Shown here one piece after another: positions 47,724 to 56,485 of a DNA stretch of 64,000 nt (positions within the stretch are counted from its first letter, which is position 1; each line of letters begins with the position of its first letter). The notes below the pieces were generated by a model. It worked only from the letters and a program-made list of their open reading frames with translations. It did no database searches and had not been told where the DNA came from. The stretch is from a virus: IMG/VR virus record IMGVR_UViG_3300025520_000005; one strand, given 5' to 3'. The translations under genes and the position numbers were made by a program.

Positions 47724-48067
47724 GTTACATGTCGGGAAACATCGAACCGCAATTCATCAAGAAGAACGGCGAGCCTAATCCTAACTGGATCCAATGGCAT
47801 ATGACGGTGACTGGTTGTGATGAGAACAAAGCTCGTTACAACTGGTGGGTAAAGGTTCGTGAGATGGAAGAACCTGCGTTGATGACCGCTAATGAAAAGC
47901 CTAACCCGATCTGGGTTGCTTGGTGGCGTGGGCATAAGGGTTGCAGTAACAATGTAGCCCTGAACACCTGCAAAGCCAAGATCGCGGGTACCTGGGTTCC
48001 TAATAAGCGGGCTAACCAATGGTTGGACCAAAAGAAAACGATTCGCCAGATGAAGGAACTTGATTAA
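47720..48067 (+). CDS. Protein built of two tandem NPxWxxW modules
   Basis: EPQFIKKNGEPNPNWIQWHMTVTGCDENKA and EPALMTANEKPNPIWVAWWRGHKGCSNNVA. Confidence 0.75.
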   Translation: MSYMSGNIEPQFIKKNGEPNPNWIQWHMTVTGCDENKARYNWWVKVREMEEPALMTANEKPNPIWVAWWRGHKGCSNNVALNTCKAKIAGTWVPNKRANQWLDQKKTIRQMKELD

Positions 48068-48402
48068 TGAACAAAAGTCCTTTTGAGAAATACCAGATCA
48101 GGGATCAACAGCCTATCGGGGATCAGTTGGCTGAAGCTGCTGTAAATGCTTCTTATGCCCGATCCGTTCCGACTGCTGCTGGTCGCGAAGCACCCCTCCC
48201 GACAGGGCGTATCTTTACAGGTCTTCTCGGGTTGCTGAATGCTGGAGTCAATAGTCCTTATTCGATTCCCGCTGAAGTCCGAACACGGGTCCACGTAAGA
48301 ATCACTATGGCCAGTCTCATGGGGAAGTCTTTGGAACAACCCTACGTTGACAGTTTGGTCAGTTTTAACAAGCAAGCGAAAAAGTTCCGTAAACGTTTAT
48401 AA
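48067..48402 (+). CDS. Hypothetical protein
   Basis: TAATG coupling. Confidence 0.6.
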   Translation: MNKSPFEKYQIRDQQPIGDQLAEAAVNASYARSVPTAAGREAPLPTGRIFTGLLGLLNAGVNSPYSIPAEVRTRVHVRITMASLMGKSLEQPYVDSLVSFNKQAKKFRKRL

Positions 48403-48428
48403 TCCCTTAACTGACAAAGGATACTGTT

Positions 48429-48851
48429 ATGAAGAAGTCGATTGTTGTAGTACTTGCACTGGCATTCTCTATGGGTGCTCATGCAAACGGTTACATGTGT
48501 AAAGACTACACCGATAACCTGGTGAACATTGCAGCGGCCAGTATCGAAGAAGGTTCGCTGGAAGACGCGCCGGTTAAAGGCATGGTAACCCACATCCGTA
48601 CCAACCCGGATGGCTACACCGTTGTACAGAACGACCGGTTCAAGAAAGACCTGAAGTTCACCAACGATCGCTTCAAGCAGCTCCCTCAGTACGCTAGCAG
48701 TAGCAAAGGGATGATCTTCAAGAAGACCGACGGCAACGGCATGTCGTACTTCATTGTCCTGACAACACCCAAGGACGAGAAGGTTGGTGAGAAACCAGAA
48801 ACCAATCCAATTAACCGTATGGTGACGTTGGGTAACTGCTCTGCACAATAA
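48429..48851 (+). CDS. Secreted/periplasmic protein
   Basis: Sec signal MKKSIVVVLALAFSMGAHA; Cys near each end of the mature chain. Confidence 0.7.
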   Translation: MKKSIVVVLALAFSMGAHANGYMCKDYTDNLVNIAAASIEEGSLEDAPVKGMVTHIRTNPDGYTVVQNDRFKKDLKFTNDRFKQLPQYASSSKGMIFKKTDGNGMSYFIVLTTPKDEKVGEKPETNPINRMVTLGNCSAQ

Positions 48852-48856
48852 TCGAA

Positions 48857-48898
48857 TGAGGGGAGGTAATACTCCCCTTACTCCTTTCTTTATTTTTT
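48857..48898 (+). terminator. Intrinsic terminator, GTAATA loop
   Basis: TGAGGGGAG-GTAATA-CTCCCCTTA then T-rich tract. Confidence 0.75.
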
Positions 48899-48908
48899 GG
48901 GAATTAAC

Positions 48909-49382
48909 ATGGGTATTCACTACACTTACAACTCCAACACAGGTCTGGTTAAGAACCTGATGTCGAAGCACCTGGATCGTGGCTTTATCCAAACCTTCTT
49001 GGTTGAAGCAGCGTTATTGGGTAAGACGGATAAAGATTACAAAATGGAAGTAGTCGAGGAGAAGTGTAAAGACTTGTCTGACGCCACGTTTACCTTTGTA
49101 CTGGCATTGGATGGAACGGAGTTGGCGGGGGTATTGGCAGTAGCGGCTAACGATCCTCGAGAGATCCAGATGCTTTGGGTTGAAGAACGGTACCGTAAGC
49201 GCGGGGTAGCGGCTAAGCTGGTCTTGATGCTGAGAAACGAAACTAGACTCCCCCTGAAGGTAGAGTGCCTTAAAGGTAATCTTGGTGCTTTGAAGTTCTA
49301 CGAAGAACAGGGTTTCGAATTCGTGGATAAAGCTCGTTATCCAGGTAACCTGGTGGGGTACACAAAAGTTAAGCTTAGGTAA
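48909..49382 (+). CDS. GNAT-family N-acetyltransferase
   Basis: Motif A LWVEERYRKRGVA, motif B NLGALKFYEEQGF. Confidence 0.9.
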   Translation: MGIHYTYNSNTGLVKNLMSKHLDRGFIQTFLVEAALLGKTDKDYKMEVVEEKCKDLSDATFTFVLALDGTELAGVLAVAANDPREIQMLWVEERYRKRGVAAKLVLMLRNETRLPLKVECLKGNLGALKFYEEQGFEFVDKARYPGNLVGYTKVKLR

Positions 49383-49390
49383 TATTCAGG

Positions 49391-49400
49391 TCTATATTAC
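49391..49400 (+). promoter_or_regulatory. Putative early promoter motif
   Basis: TCTATATTAC. Confidence 0.7.
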
Positions 49401-49429
49401 CTGGGTAGATTAATACAAAGGAATTAATT

Positions 49430-49669
49430 ATGCTGACCTTGCAACTGATCGCTTTGTTCATACCAGCACTGTTCACAATGATCGCGTACTGGATGAACGA
49501 CACTTGCCTGAACGCACTGCCCAAGCATGCGTTTGCAGAATCGCGCCGTCATGTCCGCTGGGGGCTGATCTACCTGCTTGCAATCCTTATTCAACTGGGG
49601 ATGGCCAGTTACATGACAGTCCACCTGATCGAAAAACAACACCAACAATCCATTGCATACGGGAAATAA
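49430..49669 (+). CDS. Small two-TM membrane protein
   Basis: Two hydrophobic helices; AAGGA RBS. Confidence 0.65.
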   Translation: MLTLQLIALFIPALFTMIAYWMNDTCLNALPKHAFAESRRHVRWGLIYLLAILIQLGMASYMTVHLIEKQHQQSIAYGK

Positions 49670-50228
49670 CATGCGCACTCTTTTTGCCGACCGCCGGCTC
49701 ATCCCATCCTTCATCAGTCGTTCCGTGATCTTCTCTCGCCGCGCAACGGTTAACGAGAAGAACATCTTCGTTACTCGACTGGAGCTCGAGTTTGGTACCA
49801 ATGGTAGCATTGGTCTGAAAACCGTTATTCCGCTTAATGCTCCGGCCCACGCTACCACTCTCGAGGCTATTGTTGCTCATAACGACTCAGTCGATGAGAA
49901 GTTCGTGGCTCACATGAAAACGATCGGTGAATACATCCGGGTGTTTGATGAAACTATCGCTTGGATTCAAGAACCTGATCGTCGTTTCAACTTGGCTTCT
50001 ACGATTGGGTTCAACCCGCTGTTCATTCACGGGACCTGGTCGGAAAAAGAAGTAAGGATCGAAGTATTCGCTCGCTCCACCCGGGAGCTTAACTTGGGCT
50101 TTGAAACAGGTAACTCGGGTCAGATGATCTACGGGTTACAACGACTCACTGATATTCGTGAAGCGTTGGCTGAATACCAGCAGCACTTCGGCGAGATCAA
50201 GATGTCCAGCGTTACCAAACAAAACTAA
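49653..50228 (+). CDS. Hypothetical protein
   Basis: About 185-191 aa; weak similarity to next gene. Confidence 0.65.
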   Translation: MHTGNNMRTLFADRRLIPSFISRSVIFSRRATVNEKNIFVTRLELEFGTNGSIGLKTVIPLNAPAHATTLEAIVAHNDSVDEKFVAHMKTIGEYIRVFDETIAWIQEPDRRFNLASTIGFNPLFIHGTWSEKEVRIEVFARSTRELNLGFETGNSGQMIYGLQRLTDIREALAEYQQHFGEIKMSSVTKQN

Positions 50229-50257
50229 TTACACACTTTTACCTTAGGGGTATAGCA

Positions 50258-50797
50258 ATGAAACTTTTTAACCGTAACGAAATCACCGGCCGCTCCTACG
50301 TAGTTCAATCGTCCGCTACCAAATGCAACACTGGTCGGATCGCATTGAGCGTTGGTGTTCGTCTGCAAGAGAAAGGTCGTCTGTTCCGTACCAACGTTCT
50401 GAACTTCGACGGTACCTGCATCAAGTCGCTGACCAAAGTACTGGCCAGTCACTGCACCGAAGTAGCTGAACTGGCTGGTGCTATGACCGAGATCCGTGAA
50501 TGGTGTGAATCCCGTCGTAACGTTGCACTGCCTGCTGGTCAAGACACTGTCAGCATCACCAAAGTCGTTGAGCAAGAATGGCCAACGATGTTCTACGCTG
50601 TTCAGACCAATACCCGTATCGACGTTTACATCTACGGTCGTGATCTGGAAAAAGCTTCTATTGGTTTCCGTAAAGATCGTACTGACAGTTACAGCAACTG
50701 GAAGGACGAAATGGATGGCATCATCAACAACTTCTGGACTCACCTGGAAGAGGTTGAAGGTCTCCGCATGCAAGACCTGATCAACGCTGCTGTATAA
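50258..50797 (+). CDS. Hypothetical protein
   Basis: 179 aa, strong C-ending codon bias. Confidence 0.7.
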   Translation: MKLFNRNEITGRSYVVQSSATKCNTGRIALSVGVRLQEKGRLFRTNVLNFDGTCIKSLTKVLASHCTEVAELAGAMTEIREWCESRRNVALPAGQDTVSITKVVEQEWPTMFYAVQTNTRIDVYIYGRDLEKASIGFRKDRTDSYSNWKDEMDGIINNFWTHLEEVEGLRMQDLINAAV

Positions 50798-50820
50798 CTA
50801 ATAACTTTTTCCTTATAAGG

Positions 50821-51309
50821 ATGCTACTCATGAAACGTTTTATTGCTTTGCTTACTGTACTGTTGTCCTTTAGCGTTCACGCAGAAACCGTCTTGATCTG
50901 CCAAGAGTGGGGTTACGCTAACTCACCCGAAGGCTTCCATGACATCAAACTGGAGAAGGTGGAAACCACGTTCAGCGTCTCTGATGAGCGGGTGGTGAAA
51001 CTTCCAGTGGGAACCCGATTCACCAAAGTTGATCCTGAGACAGTAGGTCTGGCTGACATGCAGGCTGAGACTTACAAGGTCGGCTTGGAGCTGCTGTATA
51101 TCTACAAGTTTGAAGGCGCTACCAAAGTGGGTATCAGTCACCTGGTGGAAGAAAGCGATGTATTCTTCGGAGATAAAGAGTTGTACTCCGATTGCAGCTA
51201 TTCAGAAGTAAGGGCACAAGGGGGAAGTCACGATGGCACTGCTTCCAAATCATTGTTTGTTGTTGAAGCCGGAAGAGTACATCGCGCTCCGCAAGTATAC
51301 CGTTTTTAA
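50821..51309 (+). CDS. Secreted/periplasmic protein
   Basis: Signal MKRFIALLTVLLSFSVHA; Cys pair (LIC...SDC). Confidence 0.65.
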   Translation: MLLMKRFIALLTVLLSFSVHAETVLICQEWGYANSPEGFHDIKLEKVETTFSVSDERVVKLPVGTRFTKVDPETVGLADMQAETYKVGLELLYIYKFEGATKVGISHLVEESDVFFGDKELYSDCSYSEVRAQGGSHDGTASKSLFVVEAGRVHRAPQVYRF

Positions 51310-51460
51310 TGTGAAGGCGGTGACACCCTCCGGGGTGCTCATCGCCCACGGTACACATTGCTTTTTTATTCGCGGTAAGAAGACCGGGATTAAGCGCGGT
51401 GACTCACTTACATGGTGGAAGAACACGCTCGTCCCTAAAGACCAGCCGCTTTATATTTGA
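51233..51460 (+). CDS. Small basic protein
   Basis: 75 aa, overlaps the 3' end of the upstream gene, fills the gap to the next gene. Confidence 0.45.
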   Translation: MALLPNHCLLLKPEEYIALRKYTVFNVKAVTPSGVLIAHGTHCFFIRGKKTGIKRGDSLTWWKNTLVPKDQPLYI

Positions 51461-51470
51461 GGGAATATTT

Positions 51471-51893
51471 ATGTCTGAAGTTATTAGTGTTCAGCCTACG
51501 GGTGAGCCAAAGGAAACTCTGTTCTCTGGCGCTCGAATCTTCAACCCTGATCCGACCACGGGTGAAGCTTGGATCGAGCTTCCACTGAGCATCTACTACC
51601 AGCAAGACCCTACGGATCTCTGGCGTCTGGCTGGTGCCGCACTGATCGAGGCGCGGCGTCTTGGATACACCTCTCCAAGCATGGGTCACCCTTCTTCGTT
51701 GGTGGGTGAGGTTCGTCGTTGGTTCCGGGATAACTACACCCTGAACTACGAAATCCAGAATCCTGACCAAATGGTCTGGCTGGTAGTCCGTCCGGGTCGA
51801 GAGAACCTTTTGTTTAAACGGCACGACGATCACTGTGGCATGAGTGAGTACGTTCCCATTAATCGCTGGTCTATCAAGGTAATTCCAAAATGA
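51471..51893 (+). CDS. Hypothetical protein
   Basis: ATG at 51471 after GAGGG. Confidence 0.65.
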   Translation: MSEVISVQPTGEPKETLFSGARIFNPDPTTGEAWIELPLSIYYQQDPTDLWRLAGAALIEARRLGYTSPSMGHPSSLVGEVRRWFRDNYTLNYEIQNPDQMVWLVVRPGRENLLFKRHDDHCGMSEYVPINRWSIKVIPK

Positions 51894-52372
51894 GCAAGCG
51901 CTCTAATGCTTTGGGGACCTTTATCGATTCCCTCGTGGTGGCTTTCGATGTTGGCGGTGAGGAACTCCGTCTTTATGTTGATACCAGTGAACTCCCCGGT
52001 AACGCCTTCCCGGATCGCGGGAGTCCTCTGAACTTCAAGATCAAAGGGATGCGTGGACATTCTTTCTTGGGACTAGAGGAATTCAACAATCCGGATGCCT
52101 ACGCGGATATCTTTGTTCCTATCTGGGGAACCGCTCACGAAATCCACTACGATATTGAAGTCAAGATGGTCATAGAACGCGGGATCGTCGTAATGGAGGA
52201 AAGCAGCATTAAGGCTTCCCACCTGAGTCTCTTTCATGACGGTACCGTAGTTCCTCTCGAAGACTACGACCAGGATATCCTGAAACCCTTCAAGGAGGGT
52301 CGAGTGGTGAACGGAATTGTAAGAACCGTAGTTAAGGGGAATAAATCATGGACAAAGGGGAGTGAGTCATGA
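51890..52372 (+). CDS. Hypothetical protein
   Basis: ATGA coupling. Confidence 0.65.
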   Translation: MSKRSNALGTFIDSLVVAFDVGGEELRLYVDTSELPGNAFPDRGSPLNFKIKGMRGHSFLGLEEFNNPDAYADIFVPIWGTAHEIHYDIEVKMVIERGIVVMEESSIKASHLSLFHDGTVVPLEDYDQDILKPFKEGRVVNGIVRTVVKGNKSWTKGSES

Positions 52373-52881
52373 AACCGAGTATTACTTTTGCACTGAACGG
52401 CTTGTTCAAAGAAAGTAACGGTGATCCGGATAACTTCTGGTTTGCGGTACATGGACAGTTCAAGTTTGTAGAGGCTCGTGGTGAGTGGCCATTGATACAA
52501 CGCTCTGGGCATATTCTTAATGAGCTTCGTCCGTTCTTCGAATGTAACAATGTTTACGATCTGCTGCGCAAAGACGATGAGGACATTCGTCTGGTGTTGC
52601 AAGAACGTAAGGCTTACTCGGGGATGACTCTCAAACTGACTGACGAGGTAAAGGGAATCTTTCCTAAACCCTCGTGGTTCGTTCAGCGCCAGCCTAAACT
52701 GGACGATTGGAAAGGATTGATGCCTCTTCAAAACACCTTCATCTTTGTGTGGCCAACTGAGGATGATACCCATTGCATATGGGGCGATACTCGACAAGCG
52801 GATGGTATCGTACACGTTGTTCACAAGATCAAACCGACCGAACGTGGGCTAACTCCCCATGCGCCGTACGCTGATTGGTAA
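52369..52881 (+). CDS. Hypothetical protein
   Basis: ATGA coupling. Confidence 0.65.
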   Translation: MKPSITFALNGLFKESNGDPDNFWFAVHGQFKFVEARGEWPLIQRSGHILNELRPFFECNNVYDLLRKDDEDIRLVLQERKAYSGMTLKLTDEVKGIFPKPSWFVQRQPKLDDWKGLMPLQNTFIFVWPTEDDTHCIWGDTRQADGIVHVVHKIKPTERGLTPHAPYADW

Positions 52882-52967
52882 GTCATCCAGTAATCTGTAA
52901 GTAACAACCCCATGATAGAGCGGGCTTAACGGCCTGCTTTATTTTTTGTTTTCTAGTTACTTTCAAA

Positions 52968-52977
52968 CCTACATTAT
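52968..52977 (+). promoter_or_regulatory. Putative early promoter motif
   Basis: AAA-CCTACATTAT-TAGGTTGAAT, downstream of terminator hairpin at about 52919..52947. Confidence 0.65.
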
Positions 52978-53011
52978 TAGGTTGAATCAACAACATTTGT
53001 TTTATTGAGGA

Positions 53012-53392
53012 TTGTTTGTTATGGGGCTTTATGATGAAGTAAGTGTAGCAGAGGGTAATAAGGTTAAGATCCCTCACCCTAAGACACTGTACCAGACCAA
53101 TAGTTTGGACAGTGCCATGAGAGACCTGTCGATTGATAAAGATGGGTTTATCAGCTACAACGCTGAGCCTGAGCGGGTGATTAGCCCTCTCGAGTTTGAA
53201 CTGTACGGGGAGGACCACACCGGGTACCACCGGAAATACCTTCTCTCGGTTATCATGAACAAGATCGAGGCTGTGTGGGAAAAAGAAGATGACGGTACCT
53301 ACACCGAGATCTACCTTAACCCAGGTATTAAGCTCGCGGCTAAACGCATGGCCCACAACATGACCCCACTTCACGGGAGGACGTCTAAATGA
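53012..53392 (+). CDS. Hypothetical protein
   Basis: GAGG RBS. Confidence 0.65.
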   Translation: MFVMGLYDEVSVAEGNKVKIPHPKTLYQTNSLDSAMRDLSIDKDGFISYNAEPERVISPLEFELYGEDHTGYHRKYLLSVIMNKIEAVWEKEDDGTYTEIYLNPGIKLAAKRMAHNMTPLHGRTSK

Positions 53393-53955
53393 ACCTTAAG
53401 ACTATTTTACCGTCAGTTGCAAGTGCAAATGGTAACTGGTTCAACAAGAGCGATTATTGGTTCCGCTGGTCCCGTTGCTTGGTCAGAGCTGATGGCAATG
53501 ACCGGGCAATAGACATCTCCGTCGAACCGATGAACTTCGTCGATCTGGACCACGCCAAGCGTTACTCCGATTACGAACTGAACAAGTTCCTGGAGATGCG
53601 GATTCGCCAACACCGTACTCACCAACCGGAACATCGTTTCTCGATGGAGCTCCCTGGTAGTACGGCCGACTACGTTAAACAGTTGGTTGGGGAAGAACTG
53701 TTTAACTTCCTCATCCATGAAGATATCCTCAGCGAGATCGACATGGACAAACTGGCTTATTACGATCGCTGTGATAACTGGCCATGGGGTGGTGGTATTC
53801 CCTTTGCCATGGTCTGTAAGGATCGTGACAAGTATCCGCTGATTATTAACCACTGGATCAAAGTTATGGCGAAAGAGGTACATTACCTCAAAGTCCAAGA
53901 CGACGACATGATCCGCCGTTATAACGATTACCTCAAACAGGAACCTGCGCAATGA
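53389..53955 (+). CDS. Hypothetical protein
   Basis: ATGA coupling. Confidence 0.65.
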   Translation: MNLKTILPSVASANGNWFNKSDYWFRWSRCLVRADGNDRAIDISVEPMNFVDLDHAKRYSDYELNKFLEMRIRQHRTHQPEHRFSMELPGSTADYVKQLVGEELFNFLIHEDILSEIDMDKLAYYDRCDNWPWGGGIPFAMVCKDRDKYPLIINHWIKVMAKEVHYLKVQDDDMIRRYNDYLKQEPAQ

Positions 53956-54608
53956 TACTGACATTACTCTTGATATTCAGCCTTCTCTTCGACGGCAGTT
54001 ACCACCTGCTGGAATGGAAGTGCAAACAGTTGATCGCCAAAGGGGGTAACCACTCCCAATGGGTTAAGCTCAACAACCTGAAAGAACAACTCAGACCTTG
54101 GAAGGGATTCATGTTGTTCCTAGATCCTCTCCTGATAATGGCGATTGCTCAAAACTGGATGGATGCTAACTATCCTTGGCCTGTGTGGGCGATTGGTGGG
54201 CTGATTGGCATAGTGTGCAGCTATAACAGCCTGCTTCGTTATGTCCCCAGGTTCTACCGTGCTCGCTTTGTGAAAAGCACCAACCCTGATCACAACGCCA
54301 AGTGGTTACTGAGCTGTGTCCGTAATAGCCTGGGCCACGCGATCCAGTCTGATTACCCGCGGACCCATGCCTTCTTCCGGCTAGCTGGGCGGTTGTTCGT
54401 TTGCAACACCATCGGGCACCGCTGGACTAACTGGGAAGCCGTCAAGTACGGTGACTTCGGTAACAGTCGTAAATGCAAACTCTGCCTGGTGAACGAGACC
54501 AAGCAGCATGGTGAAAGTCGCTATTGCGAAACCCACTCCCGGACCTGGAGAAAGATTGTTAACCCTAACTCCGTGTTCCGTCGTGTGTATATCAAACCTG
54601 ATAACTAG
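53952..54608 (+). CDS. Membrane protein with C-terminal Cys/His zinc-ribbon-like segment
   Basis: TM segments, then CNTIGHRW...CKLC...CETH. Confidence 0.6.
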   Translation: MILTLLLIFSLLFDGSYHLLEWKCKQLIAKGGNHSQWVKLNNLKEQLRPWKGFMLFLDPLLIMAIAQNWMDANYPWPVWAIGGLIGIVCSYNSLLRYVPRFYRARFVKSTNPDHNAKWLLSCVRNSLGHAIQSDYPRTHAFFRLAGRLFVCNTIGHRWTNWEAVKYGDFGNSRKCKLCLVNETKQHGESRYCETHSRTWRKIVNPNSVFRRVYIKPDN

Positions 54609-54617
54609 GAGATCACC

Positions 54618-54899
54618 ATGCCTTTCTGGGCAATGCTGTTAGAAGGCTCGTTGTACCTACTGATTCCCATTTTCGTCTACTATTACGTTTTGTTCTGTAT
54701 GGCGCATGGGAAATTCAACCGGGTGTTCAAGATCACCGAAGACGCCAATACTTTTGGTCGGGTGGACGAACTCCGGAGTATCAATCGAGAGTTGGCTCGT
54801 TTAGGTAAACGACTGACTTACGTGTTGGTAGTACTGATGATCGTTATTGCAATGTTTACTTATCTTTGGGCAGTGCCCCACTCGCGAGGAGAAATCTAA
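54618..54899 (+). CDS. Small two-TM membrane protein
   Basis: AGGAG RBS; two hydrophobic helices. Confidence 0.65.
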   Translation: MPFWAMLLEGSLYLLIPIFVYYYVLFCMAHGKFNRVFKITEDANTFGRVDELRSINRELARLGKRLTYVLVVLMIVIAMFTYLWAVPHSRGEI

Positions 54900-55285
54900 T
54901 GAAGCAGAAGGAAATGTTGAAGTGCGACTTCGCCGAAATGGTGGAATACCTGACTGATCCGGATAACGTTTGGAATCCAGAGAAGTACATTCCGAGCCGC
55001 TCGATGCATGGTCACTCCTTCGGTAAAGAGAGCCAGATCCGCTTTCAATACGTTCGTGGGGCGGCTTACGCAGAAGGTTATGTAGGGAACTGGAAGTTCA
55101 TGTTGTACTACAGCAACCTTCAAGGCTGGCAGCTGCATTGGACAGGTACGCTTACAGGTGGGGTATATCCCGAACCTCAAGTACGTACCTTTTCTCCTGA
55201 TTCCGCTGCCGAGTTGTTGTTAACGGTAAGGGAACGCGCCGCCTACATTCCTCCAAACCCTGATCGTCTTAAGGACAAACGTTAA
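54899..55285 (+). CDS. Hypothetical protein
   Basis: TAATG coupling at 54899. Confidence 0.65.
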   Translation: MKQKEMLKCDFAEMVEYLTDPDNVWNPEKYIPSRSMHGHSFGKESQIRFQYVRGAAYAEGYVGNWKFMLYYSNLQGWQLHWTGTLTGGVYPEPQVRTFSPDSAAELLLTVRERAAYIPPNPDRLKDKR

Positions 55286-55545
55286 TGGCTCAGATCAAGA
55301 TCCAGCAGAAAATTCCAATGAAGGCCTTCAAGGCCGTTAGCGACCAGCTCAGGTCCGAGGGGATCCACATCATCTCCAAGGCTACTTTTGCGCGCGGTGA
55401 AGTTAAGTCTGACGAGACCCGTGGTCGTGTGGTATCTGCGTTTAATCTCGGCGCCAAAATCGCGCTGGACGTGCAGTCGTCGTTTAACTGCTCGGAAAGC
55501 CGTTTCGAAAAACTGGGTGACGTATATTACCTGGTAACGAAGTAA
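55285..55545 (+). CDS. Hypothetical protein
   Basis: TAATG coupling. Confidence 0.65.
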   Translation: MAQIKIQQKIPMKAFKAVSDQLRSEGIHIISKATFARGEVKSDETRGRVVSAFNLGAKIALDVQSSFNCSESRFEKLGDVYYLVTK

Positions 55546-55611
55546 ATTGGTTAATTACTCTTCCCAGCCTAACCAGCTGGGAGGGGGGATACCTTTATTT
55601 TTCTCAAGGAG

Positions 55612-56304
55612 TTGATCATGTCAGGTCCTACATTGATAGAACTCGGTAAGGCCTGGTTACCAGAGCTTTATAGCTACGACACTACACGGGCTGACTGTAC
55701 TTTCTACAACATGTCCATTAAACCGGGTACTGTTGGAACTGTCTGGACAGGTGGGGTAGTTACTAAGCAGGGTAAGAAAGGTTTCATCTGGGATGCGTCG
55801 TTTAACATCCGTTATGGAAACACCACGGTCCACTTGCATTCAGATGTCAACGACCAGCAGCTTAAACGGTTCAAGAAGAAGCTCATTACCCTTCGTAATG
55901 CACTCCGAACGTTTGTTAAAGAGAGCAAACGAAGGATTGCTAAACCTGCCGCTCACCCTCTTGAATTCAAACGGGAGTGGTTGAACGAGCTGAACGAGAA
56001 TACCCCTTATACCGGGTACTTCTTTTACGAGCTACACCCCAATGGTGGTGGTAAGTTCTTTATTGCAGACTGTTCTCGGTCGATTAACCTGTGGGCTGAT
56101 TATTACGGTTATCACACTGATGATGTTACCCGTAATGTCGAAATGGGGTTCCTAGAAAGAAAGTGGGAATGGTTAGAAGAAATTGCAGTTCAGTTGAGTA
56201 TTGCAATTGAATCTATCAAAAAGTTGAACGCGCGACATCGTAATGGGGAGTTGATTAACCAACTGCCTAAAGACAGTGACAAAGTTGTTATCACAAAGTT
56301 CTAA
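55612..56304 (+). CDS. Hypothetical protein
   Basis: AAGGAG RBS, 230 aa. Confidence 0.65.
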   Translation: MIMSGPTLIELGKAWLPELYSYDTTRADCTFYNMSIKPGTVGTVWTGGVVTKQGKKGFIWDASFNIRYGNTTVHLHSDVNDQQLKRFKKKLITLRNALRTFVKESKRRIAKPAAHPLEFKREWLNELNENTPYTGYFFYELHPNGGGKFFIADCSRSINLWADYYGYHTDDVTRNVEMGFLERKWEWLEEIAVQLSIAIESIKKLNARHRNGELINQLPKDSDKVVITKF

Positions 56305-56313
56305 GGAAAGGTA

Positions 56314-56433
56314 ATGTTTCGGAAACACGTAGTGCCAGGTTTGATGCTTAGCCTGTTAAGGGTTGTTGGTGTAGGGGTTATTTTGTTCCTGCTGCTGAAC
56401 CTCGGAAAGATCCAAGCGGTGTTGGAACAGTAG
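56314..56433 (+). CDS. 39-aa single-TM microprotein missing from the ORF track
   Basis: AAGGAAAGG RBS; MFRKHVVPGLMLSLLRVVGVGVILFLLLNLGKIQAVLEQ. Confidence 0.6.
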   Translation: MFRKHVVPGLMLSLLRVVGVGVILFLLLNLGKIQAVLEQ

Positions 56434-56444
56434 AAAAAATTAAA

Positions 56445-56454
56445 CCTATATTAC
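56445..56454 (+). promoter_or_regulatory. Putative early promoter motif upstream of chaperonin
   Basis: AAA-CCTATATTAC-TAGGTT. Confidence 0.7.
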
Positions 56455-56485
56455 TAGGTTGTAAGCACCTTATTTATTTCTGCAA

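Noticed and set aside
55523-55530. TATATTAC inside the end of a gene
   Set aside because: Coding position, lacks the upstream CC/TC context, and is followed by a terminator-like hairpin; may be chance
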